25,138 nt of DNA from Bacillota bacterium (GCA_023458855.1 JAEWWQ010000359.1:1-25138); one strand, 5' to 3'; positions 1-9,157 are shown, numbered from the stretch's first letter. The notes: generated by a model not told the origin, from the sequence alone. A program made the numbers and translations.

Positions 1-1
1 T

Positions 2-631
2 CCGGGATATGTAGGATATGAAGAAGGAGGACAGCTCACAGAGGCAGTGCGCCGTAAACCATATGCGGTCGTTCTCTTTGATGAGATAGAAAAAGCACAT
101 CCGGATGTATTTAATGTTTTGCTGCAGGTATTAGATGATGGACGTATTACAGATTCCCAGGGAAGAACCATAGATTTCAAAAATACCATTTTGATCATGA
201 CCTCTAATATCGGCGCTCACTATTTACTGGAAGGAATTGAAGAAAATGGTACCATTAAAGCTGAGGCCGAGAAGCTGGTGATGGAAGATCTTCAGAATCA
301 TTTCAGACCGGAATTTTTGAATCGTCTGGATGAAACAGTTCTTTTTAAGCCGCTGACAAAAAATAATATCGGTGGAATTATTAAATTGATCATTGCCGAT
401 CTTAACCGGCGTCTTGCAGACAGGGAGCTGACAATCCGCCTGACAGATGCAGCGGAAGACTATATCGTAGAGAATGCATATGATCCCGTATATGGTGCAA
501 GACCTTTGAAACGATATATTCAGAAATATGTTGAGACAAGTGCTGCAAGGTTGATCCTGCAGGATAAGGTGGCTGCTAACGATACGATTACCATTGATGT
601 AGAACGGGGAGAGTTGATTGCAAGAATCTGA
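2..631 (+). CDS. clpB: ATP-dependent chaperone ClpB, 3' part (truncated at window start)
   Basis: Frame is open from base 2: [21 protein letters not shown], Walker [40 protein letters not shown]. These are Clp/Hsp100 NBD2 motifs; ClpB is preferred over ClpC on overall similarity. Confidence 0.88.
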   Translation, partial: PGYVGYEEGGQLTEAVRRKPYAVVLFDEIEKAHPDVFNVLLQVLDDGRITDSQGRTIDFKNTILIMTSNIGAHYLLEGIEENGTIKAEAEKLVMEDLQNHFRPEFLNRLDETVLFKPLTKNNIGGIIKLIIADLNRRLADRELTIRLTDAAEDYIVENAYDPVYGARPLKRYIQKYVETSAARLILQDKVAANDTITIDVERGELIARI

Positions 632-662
632 GATACAATATCTTAAGCGCGCAGACAATGAC

Positions 663-691
663 TAGCATTTTTCTAAAAAATAATATATACT
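663..691 (+). promoter_or_regulatory. Possible sigmaA promoter (TAGCAT-17-TATACT)
   Basis: -35 at 663-668 and -10 at 686-691 with a 17-nt spacer, upstream of the 757 ORF. Confidence 0.35.
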
Positions 692-756
692 GAAAGTATC
701 GAATCACAAAATATGGATATTTTGGTTCCAATAAGTATGAATTATGGGGGAATGTA

Positions 757-1077
757 ATGAAGCAAATTTTGGAAGTAAGCAGAATGGAGATACTTATTTC
801 AATCGCAGTATGTACGTTATTGTCTGTGTGCTTTGGATTTGGACAGGCATCGGCAGCTGAAGGAAATGTGAGCACTTATCGTATCGATGTGGTAACGGAC
901 GCAGTTGCAGAAGCCAATGATTATATGCAGACTGTAATCTATGTGGCAGCGGTATGTGTTTTTTCCGTATGCCTCGTGATTATTATGCTGGCCGGAAAAG
1001 ACCAAAAGAGAAAAAAGATAACACATAAGGATGTGACCGGACAAATCCGTGATGTTTATGTAGATAATAAATCATAA
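757..1077 (+). CDS. Small hypothetical membrane/secreted protein (signal peptide, short linker, C-terminal TM helix, basic tail)
   Basis: GGGGG RBS before the ATG. Hydrophobic N-terminus ending ASA|AE, second hydrophobic stretch VIYVAAVCVFSVCLVIIMLA, then KDQKRKK. Confidence 0.7.
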   Translation: MKQILEVSRMEILISIAVCTLLSVCFGFGQASAAEGNVSTYRIDVVTDAVAEANDYMQTVIYVAAVCVFSVCLVIIMLAGKDQKRKKITHKDVTGQIRDVYVDNKS

Positions 1078-1129
1078 AAATCCGCTGTTAAAAACAGGGT
1101 AGGATCTAAGAAGAGGAGATGGCAAAGAT

Positions 1130-1303
1130 ATGATTCCAAAGGATCCGGTTATGTTGCTTAGTTTTGTAAATCTCAAATTACGCGATTATTATAATGATCT
1201 TCAGTCAATGTGTGAGGAGCTGTCTGTCTCAGAGCAGGAGATAGTGGATAAACTTGCGGCAATTGATTATCATTATGATAGTGAGAAGAATCAATTTATA
1301 TAG
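1130..1303 (+). CDS. DUF4250-family small protein, 57 aa (absent from ORF track)
   Basis: Hand translation MIPKDPVMLLSFVNLKLRDYYNDLQSMCEELSVSEQEIVDKLAAIDYHYDSEKNQFI*. AAGAGGAG RBS at 1111-1118. Matches the DUF4250 pattern as recalled. Confidence 0.88.
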   Translation: MIPKDPVMLLSFVNLKLRDYYNDLQSMCEELSVSEQEIVDKLAAIDYHYDSEKNQFI

Positions 1304-1331
1304 CAATCTTAAGTAAAAAGAGGACAACGAT

Positions 1332-2840
1332 ATGCCGGTCAGGGTAACTGTAAAAGGCGCAGGAGAAGACAAGGTTTATGTTCTGTCACCGGGAGAAAGC
1401 ATATTTGAACTGCTAATGAGACAAGAAAATATTTTCTTGTCTTTTTGTGGTGGAAAAGGGTTATGCGGAAGATGCAGAATTCAGTTTGTCGGACAGGCAC
1501 CATTGCCAAAAGCGGAGGAACGGCGTTTTATCTTGCCGGACGAATTACGCGCCGGAATGCGCCTTGCCTGTCTGGCAAGACCGAATGCGGATTGCAGTAT
1601 TATACTGGCCTTTCCAGAAGAGAAAAAAAGAGATATTATAACGATTTATGACAATACGTACGTAAATGGAAGGATACAGAAAGAGGAAAATTCTAAGATA
1701 CAGGAAGAAGGTAAAAAGAAACTGCAGAATAAACAAATTGTAGCAATCGATCTGGGAACAACAACGATTGCCATGCAGCTTCTGGATGCCTGGAGCGGCC
1801 GTATCCTGAAGGAGAGCAGGTTTTTGAATCCGCAGCGTAAATGGGGACCGGATGTAATATCACGTATGGAAGCCAGCATAAGCGGAGAACGGAAAAACAT
1901 GCAGCAGGTAACAGTAAAGGTATTAGAAGAAGAAATACGAAAACTGACAACAGATACGGATGTTCTAATAGCAATCGCAGGAAACACGGTGATGGAGCAT
2001 ATTCTTAATGGATTTGATGTGACAGGAATGTCAGTATATCCATTCACACCGATACAGTTAAACCAGATGGAACTTGACATCGGCGCTTATCATGCTATCT
2101 TACTGCCTGGTATATCCAGCTTTGTCGGAGCTGATATCACAGCGGGTATTTATGCGCTTGGAATGCAGAATTCGGAAGAGATAAATCTGCTGCTCGATCT
2201 GGGAACCAATGGAGAGATGGTACTTGGAAATAGAAGCCGGATGATTGCAACAGCTACGGCAGCAGGACCAGCTTTTGATGGGGGAACGCTGTCAGAAGTA
2301 GCCGGAAGCGATATGATAACAGTGACGGCACAACTATTGGAGGAAGGGATCCTGGACGAGACAGGATTATTTAAGGAACCCTATTTCCGGCAAGGTTATC
2401 AGGTACAGAAAGCGTGTATATACCAACAGGATATCCGCAATTTGCAGATGGCTAAGGCAGCTGTAAAAACAGGAATCATGATGCTGCAGGAGCAATTTGG
2501 TATCACCTTTGCACAGATTGCACATGTCTATCTGGCAGGTGGATTTGGATATCATCTGGATGTTGCAAAAGCGAATCGGATCGGGATGATTCCAAAGGAA
2601 CTTCAGGGGAAGGTAATTGCAGTGGGGAATACTTCTCTGCTGGGGGCTTATTTATATGCCAGGGAACAATTAAAACAGAAGGAAAAGGATAGGCCGATAT
2701 CAGATATACAGATTAATGAAGTAGAATCCATGCGCCGATGTATGAAAGTGCTTAATCTTGCGACACAAGCCTCTTTCGAAGAAAGATATCTGGGAGCAAT
2801 GAATTTTGATAACCAGCATGCATATATTTACAGTAAGTAA
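1332..2840 (+). CDS. ASKHA-domain Fe-S protein, RACo family (reductive activator of corrinoid enzymes, DUF4445)
   Basis: N-terminal 2Fe-2S motif CGGKGLCGRC...RLAC. ASKHA motifs AIDLGTTT, NPQRKWGPDVISR, FVGADI, DLGTNGE, AAGPAF, QMAKAAV, LAGGFG, VGNTSL. AGAGGA RBS. Confidence 0.9.
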   Translation: MPVRVTVKGAGEDKVYVLSPGESIFELLMRQENIFLSFCGGKGLCGRCRIQFVGQAPLPKAEERRFILPDELRAGMRLACLARPNADCSIILAFPEEKKRDIITIYDNTYVNGRIQKEENSKIQEEGKKKLQNKQIVAIDLGTTTIAMQLLDAWSGRILKESRFLNPQRKWGPDVISRMEASISGERKNMQQVTVKVLEEEIRKLTTDTDVLIAIAGNTVMEHILNGFDVTGMSVYPFTPIQLNQMELDIGAYHAILLPGISSFVGADITAGIYALGMQNSEEINLLLDLGTNGEMVLGNRSRMIATATAAGPAFDGGTLSEVAGSDMITVTAQLLEEGILDETGLFKEPYFRQGYQVQKACIYQQDIRNLQMAKAAVKTGIMMLQEQFGITFAQIAHVYLAGGFGYHLDVAKANRIGMIPKELQGKVIAVGNTSLLGAYLYAREQLKQKEKDRPISDIQINEVESMRRCMKVLNLATQASFEERYLGAMNFDNQHAYIYSK

Positions 2841-2857
2841 ATAGGTGAGGCAGTTGG

Positions 2858-3559
2858 ATGAAAAAGTTACAACGCAGAATATTTATCCTGGCAGCCATGA
2901 ATATCGTAATGATCTGCATGTGCTATATGAAATATAGGGAAACGAGCATGACTACAAAAATGATAGAAGATAGTGTGGAAGCAGAAACCAAAATTACGGA
3001 AAACAAAGGAAAGATAGCAATTACTTTTGATGATGGTCCCATTCCAGGGTATACTGAAAAATTACTGGACGGACTGCAAAAAAGAAAAGTAAGAGCTACT
3101 TTTTTTGTGACAGGAAAGCATGCAGCAGAATCTCCGGAACTGATAAAAAGAATGCAGGAGGAAGGGCATTTGATTGGTAATCACACCTATTCCCATCTAC
3201 AGCTGACAAAGAAAAATGAAAAAGAATTTATAGAGGAAATAAAGGAGACAAATGCAGTCATCAAGGAAATTACTGGGGAAACTACTACTTACGTAAGACC
3301 GCCGTATGGATTATGGAATAAGAGATGTGATGAAGAATTAAGTATGTTTCCGGTTCTGTGGACAGTTGATCCCCGTGACTGGTGTACTTCGAATGCGGAC
3401 AAAATAGTCTGCAGGGTGGTGGGCAAAGTGCAGGAGAATGATATCATTCTTATGCATGACGGTTATGATCCCTCCGTTCTGGCAGCATTGGAAATCATTG
3501 ATACATTACAAGAACAGGGATATGAATTCGTGACTGTGGATGAGATACTATTTGATTAG
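2858..3559 (+). CDS. Polysaccharide deacetylase (CE4/NodB) with N-terminal membrane anchor
   Basis: All five CE4 motifs: TFDDGP, HTYSH, RPPYG, DPRDW, ILMHD. Hydrophobic N-terminal segment. Confidence 0.93.
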   Translation: MKKLQRRIFILAAMNIVMICMCYMKYRETSMTTKMIEDSVEAETKITENKGKIAITFDDGPIPGYTEKLLDGLQKRKVRATFFVTGKHAAESPELIKRMQEEGHLIGNHTYSHLQLTKKNEKEFIEEIKETNAVIKEITGETTTYVRPPYGLWNKRCDEELSMFPVLWTVDPRDWCTSNADKIVCRVVGKVQENDIILMHDGYDPSVLAALEIIDTLQEQGYEFVTVDEILFD

Positions 3560-3565
3560 CCATGA

Positions 3566-3594
3566 TTGTTGCCTGAATTGAAATATGTTAGAAT
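3566..3594 (+). promoter_or_regulatory. Probable sigmaA promoter for rarA (extended -10 TGtTAGAAT)
   Basis: TG at 3586-3587, TAGAAT at 3589-3594, TTGTTG 17 nt upstream. Confidence 0.45.
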
Positions 3595-3621
3595 CTAAAG
3601 AAAGATTTATAAAGTTTTGCG

Positions 3622-3637
3622 ATAAACAAATGTTTAT
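3622..3637. promoter_or_regulatory. Palindrome ATAAAC-AAAT-GTTTAT, candidate LexA (SOS)-like box
   Basis: Perfect inverted arms. AAAC-N4-GTTT differs at two positions from the Firmicutes GAAC-N4-GTTC box. Lies between the promoter and the rarA start. Confidence 0.4.
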
Positions 3638-3660
3638 AGGAAAGCGATAGGACGGGTAAA

Positions 3661-5004
3661 ATGGATATTTTTGAGTATATGCGAAATAATAATATGGAAA
3701 AAGAATCTCCTCTGGCAGCAAGGTTAAGACCAACAACGCTGGAAGAAGTGGTGGGGCAGCAGCATATTATTGGAAAAGACAAATTATTATATCGTGCCAT
3801 CAAAGCGGATAAGATAAGTTCAATTATCTTCTACGGTCCTCCTGGGACCGGGAAAACCACGCTTGCAAAAGTGATTGCACATACCACCAGTGCTGAATTC
3901 AAACAGATCAATGCAACGATTGCAGGTAAGAAGGATATGGAGACTGTTGTCGAGGAGGCAAAAAACCTGCAGGGCATGTATGGAAAGAAGACAATTCTCT
4001 TTATCGACGAGATTCACAGATTCAATAAAGGACAGCAGGATTATCTGCTTCCTTTTGTAGAAGATGGGACGATTATCCTTATCGGAGCAACAACAGAGAA
4101 CCCATATTTTGAAGTAAATGGAGCGCTGATATCGCGTTCGATTGTATTTGAATTGAAGCCTTTGGAGAAAGAAGATATCAAGGAGTTATTGCATCGTGCT
4201 GTTTATGATAAGGTAAAAGGAATGGGTGCATATGATGCTGTAATTGACGATGATGCCATGGAATTTCTGGCAGAGATAGCTGGCGGTGATGCAAGACATG
4301 CATTAAATGCAATAGAACTTGGTATCATGACAACTAAGCGAAGTGAAGACGGACAGATTCATATTACCATGGATGTGGCAAGTGAGTGTATACAGAAGCG
4401 GGTAGTCAGATATGATAAAACAGGAGACAATCATTATGATACGATATCTGCATTTATTAAAAGCATGAGGGGATCGGATCCGGATGCAGCCCTTTATTAT
4501 CTTGCAAAAATGCTATATGCCGGAGAAAGTGTCACTTTTATAGCCAGAAGAATCATGATATGTGCCGCTGAGGATGTTGGGAATGCAGATCCGATGGCAC
4601 TTACTGTTGCCGTATCGGCAGCCCAGGCTGTGGAGAGAATAGGAATGCCTGAATCGCAGATCATCTTGTCACAGGCGGTGTCCTATGTAGCTTGTGCCCC
4701 TAAGAGCAATGCGGCAGTAGTGGGAATCGGAAAAGCGATGGAAACAGTAAAAGAAACAGGGAATCTGAAGATTCCGCCGCATCTTCAGGATGCGCATTAT
4801 AAAGGAGCAGCAAAATTGGGACACGGAACGGGATATAAGTATGCCCATGATTATCCGAATCACTATGTGAAACAGCAGTATCTTCCTTATGAATTAAGCG
4901 GGAAGGAATTCTATACACCAAGCGGAAATGGTTATGAAAAAAAGATACGTGAGCATATGAAGATGTTGAAGGAGAGTGCGGTACAAGCCGAGACTAAAAA
5001 GTAA
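3661..5004 (+). CDS. rarA: Replication-associated recombination protein A (RarA/MgsA AAA+ ATPase)
   Basis: PLAARLRP, GPPGTGKTT, FIDEIHRFNK, GATTENPYF, HYDTISAFIKSMRGSDPDAA, EDVGNADP, PKSN, YKYAHDYP. Confidence 0.96.
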   Translation: MDIFEYMRNNNMEKESPLAARLRPTTLEEVVGQQHIIGKDKLLYRAIKADKISSIIFYGPPGTGKTTLAKVIAHTTSAEFKQINATIAGKKDMETVVEEAKNLQGMYGKKTILFIDEIHRFNKGQQDYLLPFVEDGTIILIGATTENPYFEVNGALISRSIVFELKPLEKEDIKELLHRAVYDKVKGMGAYDAVIDDDAMEFLAEIAGGDARHALNAIELGIMTTKRSEDGQIHITMDVASECIQKRVVRYDKTGDNHYDTISAFIKSMRGSDPDAALYYLAKMLYAGESVTFIARRIMICAAEDVGNADPMALTVAVSAAQAVERIGMPESQIILSQAVSYVACAPKSNAAVVGIGKAMETVKETGNLKIPPHLQDAHYKGAAKLGHGTGYKYAHDYPNHYVKQQYLPYELSGKEFYTPSGNGYEKKIREHMKMLKESAVQAETKK

Positions 5005-5007
5005 GGA

Positions 5008-6324
5008 ATGGGAGAGGAACAGAAGCATAATATGAAAACTCCTAAGAGAATAGTCATCATCTCATTAGATACGATGGGAAACAAAGATTTGCCATTCATG
5101 AACAGCCTGCCTAACTTTCATAAGATTATGTGTAAAGCGGCTATGTGTACACAGGTAGTAAGCGTGTATCCTTCCATTACCTATCCGGCACATACATCTA
5201 TTATTACAGGCAGAGTACCGAAGAATCACGGAGTGATCAACAACACACTTTTCCAGCCGGGCAGGATATCTCCGGATTGGATGTGGAAGAGAAAATATAT
5301 TAGAGGAACCACTTTGTATGACGAGGCAATCAGGCAGGGATGGCGTGTCGCATCTTTGCTATGGCCGGTTACGGCAAAGAGCAGGATTCAATATAATCTT
5401 CCGGAAATCTTTGCAAACAGGCCTTGGCAGAATCAGATTATCGTATCGGCGATGAATGGTACTTTAAGATATGAATTGGAGCTGAATAGAAAATTTGGTA
5501 ATTTGCGGGATGGAATCAGACAGCCGGCACTTGATAATTTCGTACATGCATCAGCATTGCATACAATAGACAAATATCGCCCGGATATGCTGTTGATTCA
5601 TCTGACAGATGTAGATACGAATCGGCATATCTACGGGGTAAGGCATCCAAAAGCAGAAGAGGCAATCCGAAGACATGACGAAAGGCTTGGAGACATCTTA
5701 GAACATCTTGAAAAACTGGGAAATATCGAAGATACTACAATTGTATTACTTGGAGATCACTATCAGAAGGATACCTCTGTAGCAGTGTATCTGAATCATT
5801 TGCTCAGGGAAAAGGGACTCCTTATGACAAAAGGGAAAAGAATCGTACAATATCAGGTAATTGCAAAAAATTGTGATGGCTCCTGTTACCTTTACAAAAA
5901 TCCTGATTGCATGGGAAATCAGGAAGTGGGACGTAAACTGAAAGAGATATTAAAAATGATAGCAGAAGAAGAACAGTATGGGGCGGCCCGTATATATTCT
6001 TCGGAGGAAGCAGGAAAAATGGGTGCAGATGACACTTGCGCTGCAATGATTGAAGCAAGAGAAGGATATTATTACCTGGATGAGTTTGATGTAATGTCTG
6101 CAAGCGTTGATCATGTAAAGCATGGAAAAATGAAAGCGACACATGGGTATTTGCCGGATCAGTCAGATTATCGGACGTTTTTCATGATGATGGGTTGCGG
6201 CGTCAGTGAGGGTGCCCGCATTGAAAGAATGCACCTTTGGGATGAAGGTGCAACTCTTGCAAGATTATTGAATCTGGATCTGGGGCAGATTGATGGAAAG
6301 GTAGTCGAAGCTTTTTTAGAATAG
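5008..6324 (+). CDS. Alkaline-phosphatase superfamily nucleotide pyrophosphatase/phosphodiesterase (start may be 5032)
   Basis: IISLD, SITYPAHTSIITG (Thr nucleophile), HGVINN, DVDTNRH, GDH, THGY. Confidence 0.9.
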   Translation: MGEEQKHNMKTPKRIVIISLDTMGNKDLPFMNSLPNFHKIMCKAAMCTQVVSVYPSITYPAHTSIITGRVPKNHGVINNTLFQPGRISPDWMWKRKYIRGTTLYDEAIRQGWRVASLLWPVTAKSRIQYNLPEIFANRPWQNQIIVSAMNGTLRYELELNRKFGNLRDGIRQPALDNFVHASALHTIDKYRPDMLLIHLTDVDTNRHIYGVRHPKAEEAIRRHDERLGDILEHLEKLGNIEDTTIVLLGDHYQKDTSVAVYLNHLLREKGLLMTKGKRIVQYQVIAKNCDGSCYLYKNPDCMGNQEVGRKLKEILKMIAEEEQYGAARIYSSEEAGKMGADDTCAAMIEAREGYYYLDEFDVMSASVDHVKHGKMKATHGYLPDQSDYRTFFMMMGCGVSEGARIERMHLWDEGATLARLLNLDLGQIDGKVVEAFLE

Positions 6325-6831
6325 CTGTTGTGTCAGATATTTATAGATGGCCTGGTTCTTTTTGGACCAGTTTTCACAAATAGAGGATGCCATTTCTTCC
6401 AAAGGGACGGAAAGCTTAATATCCACTAAAGTGATTTCTTTATCTTTTGCAACCAGGTGTGCCTCAAACTCTCCGCTCGTAGACTTATAGTAATCAGAGA
6501 GTACAGATACTTCATTGCGCAGTTCCAGTTCATTTTCTCTTAGATAGGTGTCAATATCAGCCTTAATAGCGTCACTTAACCTGTTCTGAAAGAAAGTAAG
6601 TGTATTTTTTCCTTCATCCGTAACCGATAAGTGTGTTCGGTTACGGATGGTTTTTGCAATAATGAGATTGGTATCAATTAATTCGGCGATGACCTGTTGC
6701 AAAGTAAGGTAGTTTGTATATTCTTTTTCCAAAAGAAAGTTATCTACCTGTGTTTTGGTCATTGGAAAATTGACGCGGCCAAGCATATAGAGAACGATTA
6801 ATTTATAAATTGTGATTGCATCTTGAATCAT
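6316..6831 (-). CDS. DUF4364-family protein (winged-helix-like)
   Basis: YKLIVLYML...YTNYLTLQQ...ICENW pattern. ATG at 6831 preferred because of the AAGGAAG RBS. Overlaps the end of the radical SAM gene. Confidence 0.82.
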   Translation of the reverse strand: MIQDAITIYKLIVLYMLGRVNFPMTKTQVDNFLLEKEYTNYLTLQQVIAELIDTNLIIAKTIRNRTHLSVTDEGKNTLTFFQNRLSDAIKADIDTYLRENELELRNEVSVLSDYYKSTSGEFEAHLVAKDKEITLVDIKLSVPLEEMASSICENWSKKNQAIYKYLTQQLF

Positions 6832-7825
6832 AATAAACACTTCCTTGCCATATATTTCTAAATTTCATTTCTTGATGAAGGGTATTCAATACCTTCCTTT
6901 TATCGCTGCTCCATAATGGAGACAGGAGCAGATTCTTAGGACCATCCCCGGTAAGCCGATGAATGATTATATCAGGGGACAAAATCGCCAGGCTGGAGAT
7001 CACAAGGTCAATATAACTATCCATAGACAAAACGGAAAAAGTATGTTTCTGATAATCAATAGATAGGTCAGTCCCTCTTAATATGTGTAATAATTGTAAT
7101 TTAATGCCTTGAATATCACAGTGATTCAAATAGCTGACAGTATCCAGCATCATAGCACGGGTCTCACCAGGCAGCCCAAGTATGACATGAACGATGACAG
7201 GAATGTCATGTTCATGTAAATGTTGTATGCATGCTTCAAAACAATGTAAGGGATAGCCGCGGCGGATATAAAGGGCTGTGGATTCATGAATTGTCTGAAG
7301 CCCTAATTCGACCCAGATGAATTTAGATGGAAATTCCTGTTTTAAATAATCGAAAAGGATACAGATGTCTTTAGAGATACAGTCTGGTCTGGTGGCAATG
7401 GAAATGCCAATGACAGATGTGTCACTTAAAGCGGCATGAAAGATTTCACGCAGATAATCAAGCGGAGCGTATGTATTGGTATAGGATTGAAAATAGGCAA
7501 TAAAACGACGCCCAACCCGTTTGGGCTTCAATTGCTTTTCCTTGACGGTTCTTCCTGCAAAAAGTTTTTTTCCCCGGGCAATTTGTGCCTGTATCGTGTC
7601 GCCGCTTACCTGGGCAGAACCGGCAGCAAAATCACCGCTTCCACCGGCGCTGCAAAAAATGCAGCCCCGCGTGTCCAAAGTTCCATCCCGGTTAGGGCAG
7701 GTCATACCTGCATCAATTGCTATCTTATATATTTTTTCCCCATAGGTGTTCTTACAGTAAGAATCAAGAGAATAGTAAGGTTTACCATGCCATTCTTCCG
7801 GGTATCCGGTCTTTTTATCTATCAT
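6803..7825 (-). CDS. Radical SAM protein, TIGR01212 (YhcC/YtqA) family
   Basis: TCPNRDG...GCIFC cysteine motif, YFQSYTNTY, ATRPDC, VELGLQT, GIKLQLLH, HRLTGDG. Confidence 0.93.
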   Translation of the reverse strand: MIDKKTGYPEEWHGKPYYSLDSYCKNTYGEKIYKIAIDAGMTCPNRDGTLDTRGCIFCSAGGSGDFAAGSAQVSGDTIQAQIARGKKLFAGRTVKEKQLKPKRVGRRFIAYFQSYTNTYAPLDYLREIFHAALSDTSVIGISIATRPDCISKDICILFDYLKQEFPSKFIWVELGLQTIHESTALYIRRGYPLHCFEACIQHLHEHDIPVIVHVILGLPGETRAMMLDTVSYLNHCDIQGIKLQLLHILRGTDLSIDYQKHTFSVLSMDSYIDLVISSLAILSPDIIIHRLTGDGPKNLLLSPLWSSDKRKVLNTLHQEMKFRNIWQGSVYYDSRCNHNL

Positions 7826-7829
7826 GATT

Positions 7830-8981
7830 TTATTTAATGTGAGTCTTTACAGCATTGGCAACTACATCAGCGACCTGTGGGTCAAATGCTTCCGGCATGA
7901 TATTGTCTTCATTTAATAATTCATCTGGAACGAGACCTGCAATTGCAACGGCAGCGGCCAGTTTCATTTCCTCTGTAATCTGCGTAGCACGTCCCTCCAG
8001 AGCTCCTTTAAAGATTCCAGGGAAAGCAACAACATTATTTACCTGATTAGGAAAGTCAGAGCGACCTGTACCAACGACTCTTGCTCCGGCAGCTTTTGCG
8101 ATATCCGGCATAATCTCAGGAACCGGATTGGCCATAGCGAAGAGAATGGAATCTGTATTCATGGAAGCGACCATTTCAGGCGTTACAATGTTAGGGGCGG
8201 ATACACCAACAAAAATATCAGCTCCCTTCAAGGCATCTGCCAGAGTGCCAGTTTCATTGTTTGGATTGGTGATTTCTGTCATCTTAATCTGCATCCAGTT
8301 AAGTCCTTCAGTAGACTTGGAGACAATACCAACTTTGTCGCACATGATGACATTAGGAAATCCATATGTCAGTAATAATTTTGTAATTGCAACACCTGCA
8401 CTACCGGCACCGTTGACAACAATTTTACAATCTTTTTTTTGTTTTTTTACAACCTTAAGAGCATTGATGATTCCTGCAAGCACTACAATTGCGGTACCAT
8501 GCTGATCATCATGAAATACGGGAATGTCCAGAATCTTTTTCAGTCTTTCTTCTATTTCAAAGCAACGGGGTGCACTGATATCCTCCAGATTAATTCCGCC
8601 GTAAGCAGGTGCAATATAAGTCACGGCCTTGATAATTTCTTCTGTATCCTGCGTATCCAGACAGATAGGAACTGCATTTACACCACCGAATTCCTTGAAG
8701 AGAACAGCTTTTCCCTCCATAACAGGCATGGCAGCATAAGGACCGATATTACCGAGTCCGAGAACAGCACTGCCGTCAGAGACTACGGCAACGGTATTGG
8801 CCTTCATCGTATACTTATAAGCGGCTTCTTTATCATTTGCAATGACCTTGCATGGTTCAGCCACGCCCGGTGTATATGCTAAAGATAAATCTTCTCTTGT
8901 CCTTACAGGAGTCTTTGAAATGGTTTCCAGTTTACCGTTCCACTCTTCATGAAGTTTTAAAGCTTTTTCGTTCGTAGTCAT
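7830..8981 (-). CDS. NAD(P)-dependent malic enzyme (short, YtsJ-like)
   Basis: LAYTPGVA, VSDGSAVLGLGNIG, MEGKAVLFK, NLEDI, VFHDDQHGTA, GAGSAG, AMANPVPEI, TGRSDFPNQVNN. ATG at 8981 has a GGGAG RBS. Confidence 0.95.
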   Translation of the reverse strand: MTTNEKALKLHEEWNGKLETISKTPVRTREDLSLAYTPGVAEPCKVIANDKEAAYKYTMKANTVAVVSDGSAVLGLGNIGPYAAMPVMEGKAVLFKEFGGVNAVPICLDTQDTEEIIKAVTYIAPAYGGINLEDISAPRCFEIEERLKKILDIPVFHDDQHGTAIVVLAGIINALKVVKKQKKDCKIVVNGAGSAGVAITKLLLTYGFPNVIMCDKVGIVSKSTEGLNWMQIKMTEITNPNNETGTLADALKGADIFVGVSAPNIVTPEMVASMNTDSILFAMANPVPEIMPDIAKAAGARVVGTGRSDFPNQVNNVVAFPGIFKGALEGRATQITEEMKLAAAVAIAGLVPDELLNEDNIMPEAFDPQVADVVANAVKTHIK

Positions 8982-8986
8982 AATTA

Positions 8987-9016
8987 CTCCCATCTGCATG
9001 CTTCGAGCATGCACTC
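8987..9016 (-). repeat. RBS-proximal hairpin element, copy A: GAG-TGCATGCT-CGA-AGCATGCA-GATGG-GAG
   Basis: 8-bp perfect stem at 8995-9013. Same length and layout as the copy at 10443-10475. Confidence 0.6.
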
Positions 9017-9025
9017 AAATCAATA

Positions 9026-9048
9026 GTTGAACACGGTTTTTGTTCAAC
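9026..9048. promoter_or_regulatory. Inverted repeat GTTGAACA-N7-TGTTCAAC in the malic enzyme leader
   Basis: Perfect 8-bp arms at 9026-9033 and 9041-9048. Function unknown. Confidence 0.45.
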
Positions 9049-9128
9049 ATTTTACCTAGCTTCTATTTTTTATTTAATTTAGGAACATCAGTAATCAAAA
9101 GAGATATTCTTATGTCACTATCTTTACA

Positions 9129-9157
9129 ATCATATAATATTTATTTTTTACTTTCAA
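9129..9157 (-). promoter_or_regulatory. SigmaA promoter for the malic enzyme operon (TTGAAA-17-TATGAT)
   Basis: Near-consensus hexamers with a 17-nt spacer on the minus strand. Confidence 0.65.

Noticed and set aside
8982..9014. N-terminal extension MHARSMQMGVI of malic enzyme in the ORF track
   Set aside because: It runs through the leader hairpin and the RBS fits ATG 8981. ATG 8993 is kept only as an alternative in the hairpin finding.
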